27,876 nt of DNA from Planctomycetales bacterium (GCA_030673005.1 DAOVFI010000001.1:1-27876), one strand, 5' to 3'; positions 8,852 to 16,969 are shown, numbered from the stretch's first letter. The notes: generated by a model not told the origin, from the letters alone. Translations and numbers: made by a program.

Positions 8852-8965
8852 TTATCCCTGTCGCTGTTTATGTTTGGGGTTCGTGCAGATCACACGCACC
8901 ACGCCCTTCCGCCGGACTATCCGGCAGTTTTCACAGCGCCGTTTTACCGAAGTTCTCACCTTCAT
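8852..8965 (-). CDS. rpmJ: 50S ribosomal protein L36 (Zn-ribbon form); absent from the supplied ORF track
   Basis: Manual translation gives [45 protein letters not shown] upstream. Confidence 0.97.
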   Translation of the reverse strand: MKVRTSVKRRCENCRIVRRKGVVRVICTNPKHKQRQG

Positions 8966-9006
8966 GATTACACCTGACTGTAAGCGGATTTCCGCCACAG
9001 AGACTT

Positions 9007-9020
9007 ACCTGCCGGCAGGT
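9007..9020. repeat. Perfect 14-bp palindrome ACCTGCCGGCAGGT, related to the CCTGCC repeats at 12477-12528
   Basis: Reads identically on both strands; lies in the map-rpmJ gap. Confidence 0.6.
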
Positions 9021-9039
9021 CTCCGCCGCCCATTCTGTT

Positions 9040-9813
9040 TTAGCTTCCGTTTGTCAGCACGCTGATCCCGTCGGCGGTTACCGCCATTGTGTGCTCAAAG
9101 TGTGCCGACGGCTTTCCGTCTTTAGTTACGACGGTCCATCCGTCCTCTTCCACAAGCACTTCGTGCGAGCCCATAGTCACCATCGGCTCGACGGCCAGGA
9201 CCAATCCTTCTTCCAGCAGTATGTCGCGCTTCAGCAGGTCCCGACTGACGAAGTTGGGAACCTTCGGGTCTTCGTGCATCTGGCGACCGATTCCGTGCCC
9301 GACGAACTCCCGGACGACGGAAAAACCCTGGTTTTCAACGTATTTCTGCATTTGTCGTACTACCGCCGACCACATCATGCCCGCCGCCGATTCTTCAATG
9401 GCAATTTCCAGCATTCGCCGCGTTGCCGAGACAAGTCGCCTGACTTGCGGGTCTGTCCGTCCGGCAATGAACGTCGCAGCCGCATCGCCGCAGTACCCTT
9501 CCAGCCGGCAGCCGTAGTCGATACTCACCAGGTCGCCGTCTCGGATAATGCGATCCGACGGTATCCCGTGGACTACCTGCTCGTTTATCGAGGCGCAGAT
9601 GGTTCCGGGAAACGGTCCGCCTCTGCCCGGAACGCCCTTGAAAAGGGCCTCGGCGCCCAACTGCTGCGTCAGTCTCTCGGCCTCTGCGTCCAGATCACCT
9701 GTCGTGACACCCGGAGCAACCATCTCACCCAGACGCGAGAGAACCCGACTGACGACCCTGCCTGCCTGCCGGATCAATTCTATCTCGCGAGGGGATTTCA
9801 ACTTTATCGCCAC
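9040..9813 (-). CDS. map: Methionine aminopeptidase type I
   Basis: VVHGIP, D-x-G...YCGD, GHGIGRQMHEDP, AVEPM and SAHFEHT metal-binding motifs; GTG start. Confidence 0.97.
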   Translation of the reverse strand: MAIKLKSPREIELIRQAGRVVSRVLSRLGEMVAPGVTTGDLDAEAERLTQQLGAEALFKGVPGRGGPFPGTICASINEQVVHGIPSDRIIRDGDLVSIDYGCRLEGYCGDAAATFIAGRTDPQVRRLVSATRRMLEIAIEESAAGMMWSAVVRQMQKYVENQGFSVVREFVGHGIGRQMHEDPKVPNFVSRDLLKRDILLEEGLVLAVEPMVTMGSHEVLVEEDGWTVVTKDGKPSAHFEHTMAVTADGISVLTNGS

Positions 9814-9861
9814 GCTAATCTCTATCCTTTATCCTAATCGTCAGAACCGGCTCTGCGCGAC

Positions 9862-10554
9862 CTAACTACCCGCCCGCAGCGCTTCGGCGGCCTGTTGAGC
9901 CACCTCTTCCAACGGCGAGCCGCCGTCGAGAGTGATTATCTTCCGCCCATCGGCGGTATAATAGTCGATCACCGGCTCTGTCTGTTTGCGATAGGCGTCC
10001 AGTCTCTGCCGGACCACTTCTTCGGTATCGTCTGCCCGCTGGGCAAGTTCGCTCCCGCAGGCGTCGCAGACGCCTTCTTTCGCCGGCGGTATGTTTTTTA
10101 CGTGATAGACCGCGCCGCATTTCGGGCACGATCGCCTGCCCGTTATACGATCCACCAGCAGCGATTCGTCCGCTGCGATGATCAACACCGCTCCGAGCGG
10201 AAGGCCCATCTTTTCCAGCTGCTCGTCCAGCGCCCGCGCCTGGGCGACCGTCCTGGGAAATCCGTCCAGAAGCAGCCCTTTCTCGGTATCCTGTTTCGCT
10301 ATAGCGCCGGCCATGATATCCACGACGATCTCGTCGGGCACCAGTTCGCCGGCGTCCATGTATTTTTTCAGTTTCTCGCCCAGTTCGCTGCCGCCGGTGC
10401 GTTCGGCGCGGAGGATATCGCCGCTGGACAGATGAATCATGCCGAATTTCTCGACCAGGCGTTTTGCCTGTGTTCCCTTTCCTGCGCCCGGCGGACCCAT
10501 TAGAACCACTCTTTTGATTGCGGATTGCGGATTGTGGATTGCGGATTTCATCAT
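9862..10554 (-). CDS. adk: Adenylate kinase (four-Cys Zn-lid type) with a repeat-derived N-terminal insert
   Basis: GPPGAGKGTQA P-loop, HLSSGDILR, LLDGFPRT, lid CPKC...CDAC. Start is ATG 10554 or 10551. Confidence 0.96.
   Translation of the reverse strand: MMKSAIHNPQSAIKRVVLMGPPGAGKGTQAKRLVEKFGMIHLSSGDILRAERTGGSELGEKLKKYMDAGELVPDEIVVDIMAGAIAKQDTEKGLLLDGFPRTVAQARALDEQLEKMGLPLGAVLIIAADESLLVDRITGRRSCPKCGAVYHVKNIPPAKEGVCDACGSELAQRADDTEEVVRQRLDAYRKQTEPVIDYYTADGRKIITLDGGSPLEEVAQQAAEALRAGS
10516..10548. repeat. Heptamer tandem repeat (GATTGCG)n / (CGCAATC)n inside the 5' end of adk
   Basis: gattgcg gattgcg gattgtg gattgcg gattt. Confidence 0.85.
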
Positions 10555-10586
10555 TATCTTGCTCGATACGGATATATCACATTATA

Positions 10587-10613
10587 AATTCGTGTAATTC
10601 GTGTAATCTGTGG
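10587..10613. repeat. Nonamer tandem repeat, 3 units
   Basis: aattcgtgt aattcgtgt aatctgtgg in the secY-adk gap. Confidence 0.7.
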
Positions 10614-10623
10614 ACTCGTTTTA

Positions 10624-12396
10624 TTATCCTCGTGCTCCCTTTATCCGCCCGCCGCCGCTGAGGAAGCCGCCGTAATTCCGCATGATAAGTTCGGCCTCGA
10701 TCCTCTGAACCACGTCCAGCGCCACCGAGACCATGATCAGCAGTCCCGTCCCGCCGAGGTAGGCGGCAATGTTAAAGGGGATTCCCATATTGGCCGCCAC
10801 TACCTGCGGAATGACGGCGATAAGCGCAAGAAACGCCGCTCCGCAGTAGGTAATACGCTCCATTACCCGTTCGAGATAATCGGCGGTGCGTTTTCCGGGC
10901 CTCAGTCCCGGAATAAACGAGCCGTTGTCGCGCAACTGGTCGGACATATCCTTGGGGCGGAACTGCACCGTCGTCCAGAAATATGCGAAGAAGAAAATCA
11001 TTCCCACATAGACCAGTTGATAAACCAGGTCGTTCATGTTGAACGCCTTGCCCAGGAAGGCGGCGAACCAGTTGTTCGGCCAGGCGCCGGCGATCCAGTT
11101 GGCCGGGGCATTGAAGAACATCATCAGCGAAGAGGCGAAGATGATCGGCATGACTCCGCCGTGATTAACACGCAGGGGCAGGTACTGCCTCTGCCCGCCG
11201 TACACCCGCCGACCCCGGGTGTGCTTTGCCTGCTGGACGGGTATTCGCCGCTGGGCCTGGGTGATGAGAATGGAACCGGCCACAACGAACACGAACGCGG
11301 CGATCAGGAAAATTATCTTGATCATCCCGATGTCGTCGCCGCCTGCGCCGGTAACCTTCAGCGACGCCCGCGAAATAAGTTCACGGATCGCCCACGGCAT
11401 CCGGGCGACAATGCCGGCCATGATTATCAGACTGATGCCGTTACCGACGCCGTATTCGTCTATCTGCTCGCCCAGCCACATAAGGAACATTGTTCCCGCC
11501 GTCAGGCCGAAGATCGCCATCAGAAAAACGCCTATAGAATCGGCGTACTGCGGGTACAGGTTCGTGTACTTCGGATTCATCACGAACTTGTATATCCCTA
11601 TCGCCTGTACTATGCACAAAACCACGGTCGCGTAGCGGGTGTATTCCTGTATCTTCTTGTAACCGGCCTGTCCTTCCTTCTGGAGTTTCTCCAGCGCCGG
11701 GACGACGGTAACGAGTAACTGGAAGATAATCGAAGCGGAGATATAGGGCATTATGCCCAGTCCGAACAGGGTGCACTTCTGGAGGTTGCCGCCGGTGAAC
11801 ATGGCGAAATATTCCATCGCCTGCCCCAGCGGACCGCCCGACTGTCTCTGCATGAAGCCGCTGAGGGCCTCCTGGTTCAGCCCGGGCAGGGGGATGTGGA
11901 AACCGATCCGGTAAATGCACAGCAGCGCCAGCGTAAAGGCGACCTTCTTGAGCAGGTCGGGCACCGAGAAGATGTTTTCCAGGACGCGCCTGATGGAGGT
12001 CCTTGCCGCGACCAGGAAGCCAAACACCGCCACGACCGCTACGGCCAGGACAAGATTGACAATCGGTTCACCTATTCCGGCGGCCCCGAAGGTTCCAGCC
12101 TTCAGCGATTCATAAAGCCCTACCGCGCCGGTCGCCAGGAAATAGTACACGATCATGCCGGCCAGAACGCCCAGGATGACCCGGAAGCCGTTGAAAGGAT
12201 TGTCCTGCCTGAAGAAAGCGTAGTAATACGCCGCCAGTGTCGCCAGCGAGCCGAGGATCATACCCACAGGCAGGATAAGTCCACGCAGGTCGCCGGCAGC
12301 AGCCGATAACATGGGAACGGCCCAGACTACTACCAGTATCGCCGCAACGACCACCAACGCGAGACCGAAGATCAATCTGATTGCTCTGAAAACCAT
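10624..12396 (-). CDS. secY: Preprotein translocase SecY with a ~133-aa N-terminal membrane extension
   Basis: LGIMPYISASIIFQLL, WLGEQIDEYGVGNGISLII, YLPLRVN, FIPGLRPG and GGTGLLIMVSVALD motifs. The canonical start region (IFSVPDLLKKVAFTL) lies near residue 140 of a continuous 590-aa ORF. Confidence 0.95.
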   Translation of the reverse strand: MVFRAIRLIFGLALVVVAAILVVVWAVPMLSAAAGDLRGLILPVGMILGSLATLAAYYYAFFRQDNPFNGFRVILGVLAGMIVYYFLATGAVGLYESLKAGTFGAAGIGEPIVNLVLAVAVVAVFGFLVAARTSIRRVLENIFSVPDLLKKVAFTLALLCIYRIGFHIPLPGLNQEALSGFMQRQSGGPLGQAMEYFAMFTGGNLQKCTLFGLGIMPYISASIIFQLLVTVVPALEKLQKEGQAGYKKIQEYTRYATVVLCIVQAIGIYKFVMNPKYTNLYPQYADSIGVFLMAIFGLTAGTMFLMWLGEQIDEYGVGNGISLIIMAGIVARMPWAIRELISRASLKVTGAGGDDIGMIKIIFLIAAFVFVVAGSILITQAQRRIPVQQAKHTRGRRVYGGQRQYLPLRVNHGGVMPIIFASSLMMFFNAPANWIAGAWPNNWFAAFLGKAFNMNDLVYQLVYVGMIFFFAYFWTTVQFRPKDMSDQLRDNGSFIPGLRPGKRTADYLERVMERITYCGAAFLALIAVIPQVVAANMGIPFNIAAYLGGTGLLIMVSVALDVVQRIEAELIMRNYGGFLSGGGRIKGARG

Positions 12397-12410
12397 TATT
12401 ATTTCGTTTC

Positions 12411-12430
12411 AAGCCCGGAAAGGGCTTTTT
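12411..12430 (+). terminator. Short hairpin plus T-tract in the antisense orientation, just upstream of secY
   Basis: AAGCCC-GGAAA-GGGCTT-TTT. The U-tract is on the plus strand, so it would only terminate antisense transcripts. Confidence 0.35.
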
Positions 12431-12470
12431 CACATACGTCTCTTGTAAAACCGCGCCACTTGCCGCGTGT

Positions 12471-12538
12471 GGTGTGCCTGCCTATCGGCAGACAGGCAGG
12501 AAAAAGAACCTGCCTACCGGCAGGCAGGCCTGCACACC
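12471..12538. repeat. Pair of CCTGCCTAYCGGCAGRCAGG palindromic repeats inside a GGTGTGC/GCACACC inverted repeat
   Basis: Copies at 12477-12496 and 12509-12528; flanking 7-bp IR at 12471-12477 and 12532-12538. Confidence 0.75.
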
Positions 12539-12545
12539 CTACCTG

Positions 12546-12992
12546 CTATTTATCTTGAATTATCTCGACGCTTCCGTCAGCCTGGAGGATTTTTTGTTCA
12601 GCCGAGGCCGAAAAAGCGTGCGCAACGACAGTAATTTTCTTTTTCAGTTCGCCCCGGCCAAGGATTTTCACAGGTCCGCCGCCGGAACGGATCATCCGCC
12701 TGCCTGCAAGCGTTTCCGGGTCGGCGCGTTCGCCGTCGTCGAATACATCCAGTTCGGCGACGTTGACAATCTGGAACTGCACGCGGAAGTTGGCATTGTT
12801 GAATCCACGTTTGGGTATCCTCGCCAGGACGGGCGTCTGACCGCCTTCGTACCCGAACATTGACCTTCTTCCTGCTCGCTGACCGGCCCCTTTATGCCCT
12901 CGCCCGCTGGTTTTGCCTCTTCGACAACCCCGCCCCAGGCGTCTTGACGTCTTGTTCCGACCGGCTCTGCTTGTTATTTCATCAAGTTTCAT
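12546..12992 (-). CDS. rplO: 50S ribosomal protein L15
   Basis: GKTSGRGHKGAGQRAG, YEGGQTP, IPKRGF and VKILGRGEL motifs. Confidence 0.97.
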   Translation of the reverse strand: MKLDEITSRAGRNKTSRRLGRGCRRGKTSGRGHKGAGQRAGRRSMFGYEGGQTPVLARIPKRGFNNANFRVQFQIVNVAELDVFDDGERADPETLAGRRMIRSGGGPVKILGRGELKKKITVVAHAFSASAEQKILQADGSVEIIQDK

Positions 12993-13078
12993 TACAATTT
13001 CACATCCATCGAATCTGTCGGGACGGGTTTTCCAGGCCGGGGATTATCATTCAACGGTCCGGACACCCGCGGCGCCGA

Positions 13079-13606
13079 TTACGATAACGTCACACCTCTC
13101 AACTCGGCGACTTTCTCGGCGCTTCGGAGGCTCTTCAGCGCCCTCATGCCCGCCCGGACCAGGTTTTTCGGGTTGGTCGAACCGTAGCTCTTGGTCAGCA
13201 CGTCTTTTATGCCGGCCAGTTCCAGCAGGCCTCGGAGTCGGACGCCTGCGATAACGCCCGTTCCCTCACTGGCGGGAACCAGCACGATCTTCGCAGCGCC
13301 GTATCTTGCCTTTACGCGGTGCGGTATCGTTTTGTCCTTGAGCGTAACGGTAACGATGTTTCTCCTGGCGTTCTTTATGCCCTTTTCCACTGCGACGGGC
13401 ACCTCGTTGGCCTTTCCGTACCCGATACCGACCTGCCCGTTGCGGTTGCCCACGATTACCAGGGCGGCGAACCGGAAACGCCGACCGCCCTTGACAACCT
13501 TCGCGCAGCGGTAAATCTTCACTACCTGGTCTTCCATTGGGGCTTCTTCGTCGAAGCCGTCCGTTTCGCGTCTTGAAGGTTCGGATTTACGCCGCATCTG
13601 CGTCAA
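13079..13606 (-). CDS. rpsE: 30S ribosomal protein S5
   Basis: [25 protein letters not shown] and [11 protein letters not shown] motifs. TTG start with GGAG 8 nt upstream (alternative ATG 13597). Confidence 0.97.
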   Translation of the reverse strand: MTQMRRKSEPSRRETDGFDEEAPMEDQVVKIYRCAKVVKGGRRFRFAALVIVGNRNGQVGIGYGKANEVPVAVEKGIKNARRNIVTVTLKDKTIPHRVKARYGAAKIVLVPASEGTGVIAGVRLRGLLELAGIKDVLTKSYGSTNPKNLVRAGMRALKSLRSAEKVAELRGVTLS

Positions 13607-13645
13607 AATATCTGCTCCATGAGTCTATGCTATGTGTTTGTGCGC

Positions 13646-13668
13646 CACAGGTTACAAACCTGCGCCAC
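13646..13668 (-). repeat. Single REP of the GTRG-CACAGGTT-TGT-AACCTGTG family
   Basis: Minus strand reads GTGG-CGCAGGTT-TGT-AACCTGTG, 4 nt after the rplR stop. Confidence 0.85.
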
Positions 13669-13672
13669 CGTA

Positions 13673-14041
13673 TCAGAAATCCAAGCCGACCTTCCTGGCG
13701 GCTTCGGCGAGTTCCTTTACCCGCCCGTGGAAAGCGTAACCGCTGCGGTCGAATACTACCTTTTTAATACCCGCGCCGACAGCCGATTCGGCCAGTTTTA
13801 CACCGACGGCCGCGGCGGCGGAGATGTTTCCGCCGTATCCGATTTTGCCCCGCAGGTCCTTGTCCATGCTGGAGGCGGAGACTAACGTCTTTCCGGCGCT
13901 GTCGTCGATGATCTGCGCGTAGATATTCTTGTTGCTCCGGAAGACCGCAAGCCTCGGGCGGTCCGGGCTGCCCGATACACGGCGTCTGACCCGCAACTTC
14001 CGCCGACGATGTCGGACCTTATTTTCAATCGAACGCTTCAT
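13673..14041 (-). CDS. rplR: 50S ribosomal protein L18
   Basis: [35 protein letters not shown] motifs. Confidence 0.98.
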   Translation of the reverse strand: MKRSIENKVRHRRRKLRVRRRVSGSPDRPRLAVFRSNKNIYAQIIDDSAGKTLVSASSMDKDLRGKIGYGGNISAAAAVGVKLAESAVGAGIKKVVFDRSGYAFHGRVKELAEAARKVGLDF

Positions 14042-14136
14042 TATACTTACTCATCCAGCCACGACGAATGGAACGGACTCCTGAGATTATGTTCGGTCCG
14101 CTTTCGGAGCAACACAGTCCCCAAGGGACTGCACCA

Positions 14137-14233
14137 CCCATCGTTACACAGGTTACAAACCTGTGCTACCCATCGTTACACAGGTTACAAACCTGTGCTA
14201 CCCGTCGTTACACAGGTTACAAACCTGTGCCAC
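14137..14233 (-). repeat. Three tandem 32-bp units, each containing a GTAG/GTGG-tagged REP
   Basis: CCCRTCGTTA-CACAGGTT-ACA-AACCTGTG-CYA at 14137, 14169 and 14201; no spacers between units. Confidence 0.92.
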
Positions 14234-14236
14234 TTT

Positions 14237-14815
14237 TTATTCTCCGGTACCGGCAAAGGCCTTACCGGCCTTGCGACGTACATGCTCGTTTGCGTACCGG
14301 ATGCCTTTGCCCTTGTACGGTTCGGGCGGGCGAGCCTTTCTCAACCGTGCGGAAAACTCGCCGACGGCCTGTTTGTCCGAGCCGGAAACTGAAAACCGGG
14401 CCGGTTCCAAATCGCCCCGCGCCTGGGGGGTCTGGACCGTTATCGTCAAACCTTCGGGAATATCAAAGACCACTTCCCGGGCGTATCCGACGGAAAGCGA
14501 CACCTTCCCGCCCTGCACCTGGAGACCGTATCCGACGCCGTATATCTCCAACGCCTTTTCGTAACCGGTCCGGCAGCCGTTAATCATATTGGCGATGATA
14601 CTCCGTGTCGTTCCGTGCAGGCAACGCGAGATGCGGTCGTTTCCGACCCGCTCGACTACAATCGTCCCGCCGCCGGAGTCGCTGGTAACGCTTACCTCCT
14701 GCCGGTAGGTCCAGGAAAGTTTGCCCTTTGGGCCTTCGACATTCACGGTCCTGCCGTCAATGGAGACCTTTACGCCGTCCGGGACGATAATCGGTATTTT
14801 TCCTATTCGCGACAT
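14237..14815 (-). CDS. rplF: 50S ribosomal protein L6
   Basis: MSRIGKIPI, HGTTRSIIANM and RPPEPYKGKGIRY motifs. Confidence 0.98.
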   Translation of the reverse strand: MSRIGKIPIIVPDGVKVSIDGRTVNVEGPKGKLSWTYRQEVSVTSDSGGGTIVVERVGNDRISRCLHGTTRSIIANMINGCRTGYEKALEIYGVGYGLQVQGGKVSLSVGYAREVVFDIPEGLTITVQTPQARGDLEPARFSVSGSDKQAVGEFSARLRKARPPEPYKGKGIRYANEHVRRKAGKAFAGTGE

Positions 14816-14886
14816 TTTGAATCACATTCCAACGTGCTCGATATCCCGACTCGCCTGCCGGAGAGTCGTATCGGGACCGGATAAAA

Positions 14887-15300
14887 TCAACATACTGTGC
14901 AGAGCACCTCTCCGCCGACGTTCTCGGCCCGGCAGCGGCGGTCGGACAACACGCCCCGGCTGGTTGAGACGATTGCTACTCCCAGCCCGTCCATGGGTCT
15001 TGGCAGGTCGGAGGCGCCGCTATAGACCCGCTTTCCGGGCTTCGATGTTCGTATCAGTTCCGTTATCACCTGTTCGCCGCCCGGTCCGTAACGCAGATAC
15101 ACCCGCAGCAAACCTGCGCCCTTGGGGCCGCCGGTTCCTTCGTCAATCCGAATGTAGTCGTCGATGTATCCCTCTTCCTTGAGAACGCCGGCGACGCCCT
15201 CGCAAATCCTGCTTGCGCGGACGTTGACCGTCTTGTGTCCGACGCGCACGGCGTTGCGGATTCGCGTAATCATGTCGGCAATTGGGTCTGAAAGACTCAT
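14887..15300 (-). CDS. rpsH: 30S ribosomal protein S8
   Basis: SDPIADMITRIRNA, SKPGKRVY and STSRGVLSD motifs. Confidence 0.98.
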   Translation of the reverse strand: MSLSDPIADMITRIRNAVRVGHKTVNVRASRICEGVAGVLKEEGYIDDYIRIDEGTGGPKGAGLLRVYLRYGPGGEQVITELIRTSKPGKRVYSGASDLPRPMDGLGVAIVSTSRGVLSDRRCRAENVGGEVLCTVC

Positions 15301-15313
15301 ATTCGTCTGCGCC

Positions 15314-15499
15314 TCACCAACTCGCCTTCCTCATGCCCGGCACCTTGCCCTCGTTGGCAAGTTTGCGCAGGCAGATGCGGCATATCCTGAATTTCTGGTA
15401 CACGGCCCGGGGGCGCCCGCACATCTGGCAGCGCCTCTGGATGCGTGTGCTGAACTTGGGTTTCTTTTTGCTTTTCGCTATTTGCGCGCTGGTCGCCAT
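15314..15499 (-). CDS. rpsN: 30S ribosomal protein S14 type Z (Zn-binding, 61 aa)
   Basis: [23 protein letters not shown]...PGMRKASW; start reassigned to ATG 15499. Confidence 0.96.
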   Translation of the reverse strand: MATSAQIAKSKKKPKFSTRIQRRCQMCGRPRAVYQKFRICRICLRKLANEGKVPGMRKASW

Positions 15500-15600
15500 T
15501 ATTCCGTCCTGTTTCACGCCTTATTCATCGCTACGGTATTTCCGGCTGAATTCCACCGGAGGCCGCCTCGCCGGGACTGCGCCGGCGGATCCGTGGCGGC

Positions 15601-16164
15601 TTATGTCCTTCCGGGCTGTTCGGTTGACCGGAACGGCATTCCCAGCAGCACCAGCAGTCTGCGCGCCTGCTCGTCCGTCCCGGCAGTGGTTATTATCGCA
15701 ATGTTCATGCCCTGTGTAATTTTCACCTTGTCCGGATTGATTTCCGGAAAAACGGTCTGCTCGGTCAGGCCCATGTTGTAGTTTCCCCACCCGTCGAACC
15801 CGCCGGGCGCCAGGCCGCGGAAGTCCTTTACGCGTGGTATCGCCAAAGAGATAAGGCGTTCGAGGAATTCGTACATTCGCCCGCCACGCAATGTTACCTT
15901 CATCCCTATATTCATGCCACGTCGAAGTTTGAAATTGGATACGCTCTTGCGAGCGCGTGTAATTACGGGTTTCTGCCCGGTTATCAGCGCCAGTTCCGCC
16001 GCCGCCGGCTCCAGGCAGGCCTGGTCATCGACGGCCCTGCCCAGCCCCATCGACACGACGATCTTCTCCAGTCGCGGCGCCGACAGTCGGTTGGCGCATC
16101 CGAACTCCTCTGTCAGAGCCGGTAATACTTCAGTCTTGTATTTTTCCTGAAGACGAATAATCAT
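15601..16164 (-). CDS. rplE: 50S ribosomal protein L5
   Basis: PRLEKIVVSMG, ITGQKP, NFKLR and AIPRVKDFRG motifs. Confidence 0.98.
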   Translation of the reverse strand: MIIRLQEKYKTEVLPALTEEFGCANRLSAPRLEKIVVSMGLGRAVDDQACLEPAAAELALITGQKPVITRARKSVSNFKLRRGMNIGMKVTLRGGRMYEFLERLISLAIPRVKDFRGLAPGGFDGWGNYNMGLTEQTVFPEINPDKVKITQGMNIAIITTAGTDEQARRLLVLLGMPFRSTEQPGRT

Positions 16165-16170
16165 AATAAA

Positions 16171-16509
16171 TCAGGCCTTCTTCTTTCCGACCAGTCCCAG
16201 TACCTGACCGGACTTTTTTGCGTACCGTTCCTTCAGCCCGTCGTCGTTGATACGATACCCGACCCTCGTTGCCTGTCCTGTCTGCGGGTCCACCGGCAGG
16301 ACGTTGGAGATGTTAATCGGCATCTCTTTTCTGATCCTGCCGCCCTGCGGGTGCTGTCGCGACGGCCTGAGGTGTCGATAAGTCTGATTGACGCCCTGGA
16401 CGAGGACCTTCCCTCTGCCGGGATAGACGGTCAGGACTTCGCCGGTCCTTCCCTTGTCGTCGCCGGTGATTATCATCACCGTATCACCTTTTCGTATGTG
16501 TCGCGCCAT
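16171..16509 (-). CDS. rplX: 50S ribosomal protein L24
   Basis: IRKGDTVMIITGDDKG (KOW motif), VQGVN and EMPINISNV. Confidence 0.97.
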   Translation of the reverse strand: MARHIRKGDTVMIITGDDKGRTGEVLTVYPGRGKVLVQGVNQTYRHLRPSRQHPQGGRIRKEMPINISNVLPVDPQTGQATRVGYRINDDGLKERYAKKSGQVLGLVGKKKA

Positions 16510-16582
16510 TATCTTATCCTGCGCCCCGGTGGCAACACTGCTCGCAATCGGGCTTCTGCCACCAGCTGCCGCTCACCCGTCG

Positions 16583-16969
16583 TCAGACGACTTCGGCGGC
16601 CAGTGAAACTATTTTCATGAAGTTCTTTTCTCTCAATTCCCTCGCGACGGCGCCGAAGATTCTCGTGCCCCGCGGGTTCCTGTTCTCGTCGATAACGACG
16701 GCGGCGTTCCGGTCGAATCGTACGTAACTTCCGTCCCGCCGACGGATGGGAAACGCCGTCCGGACTATGACGCAGCGGATGATTTCGCTGGTCTTGATCA
16801 TCCCGCCGGGCGAAGCCTTCTTTACGGTGCAGACTATCACGTCCCCGACGCCCGCCGTCCTGCGGGTGTACTGTCCGCGCGCCGTCGAACCGCCCAATAC
16901 CCTGATGCAGAGTACGCGCTTCGCGCCTGTGTTGTCTGCTATGTCGAGTTTTGTTTCCTGTTGAATCAC
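16583..16969 (-). CDS. rplN: 50S ribosomal protein L14
   Basis: [25 protein letters not shown] and [13 protein letters not shown] motifs; GTG start. Confidence 0.98.
   Translation of the reverse strand: MIQQETKLDIADNTGAKRVLCIRVLGGSTARGQYTRRTAGVGDVIVCTVKKASPGGMIKTSEIIRCVIVRTAFPIRRRDGSYVRFDRNAAVVIDENRNPRGTRIFGAVARELREKNFMKIVSLAAEVV

Noticed and set aside
14137-14233. Possible mini CRISPR array (palindromic ~32-bp repeats)
   Set aside because: Units are directly head-to-tail with no unique spacers, there are no cas genes, and the same palindrome is dispersed as a REP.
14068-14583. ORFs with repeated peptides (PIVTQVTNLCYPSLHRLQTCA)
   Set aside because: These are translations of the 32-bp REP array running into or antisense to rplF, not genes.
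14847-14879. Imperfect hairpin in the rpsH-rplF gap as a regulatory element
   Set aside because: Short, interrupted stems in GC-rich sequence with no second copy or recognisable motif; could be chance.
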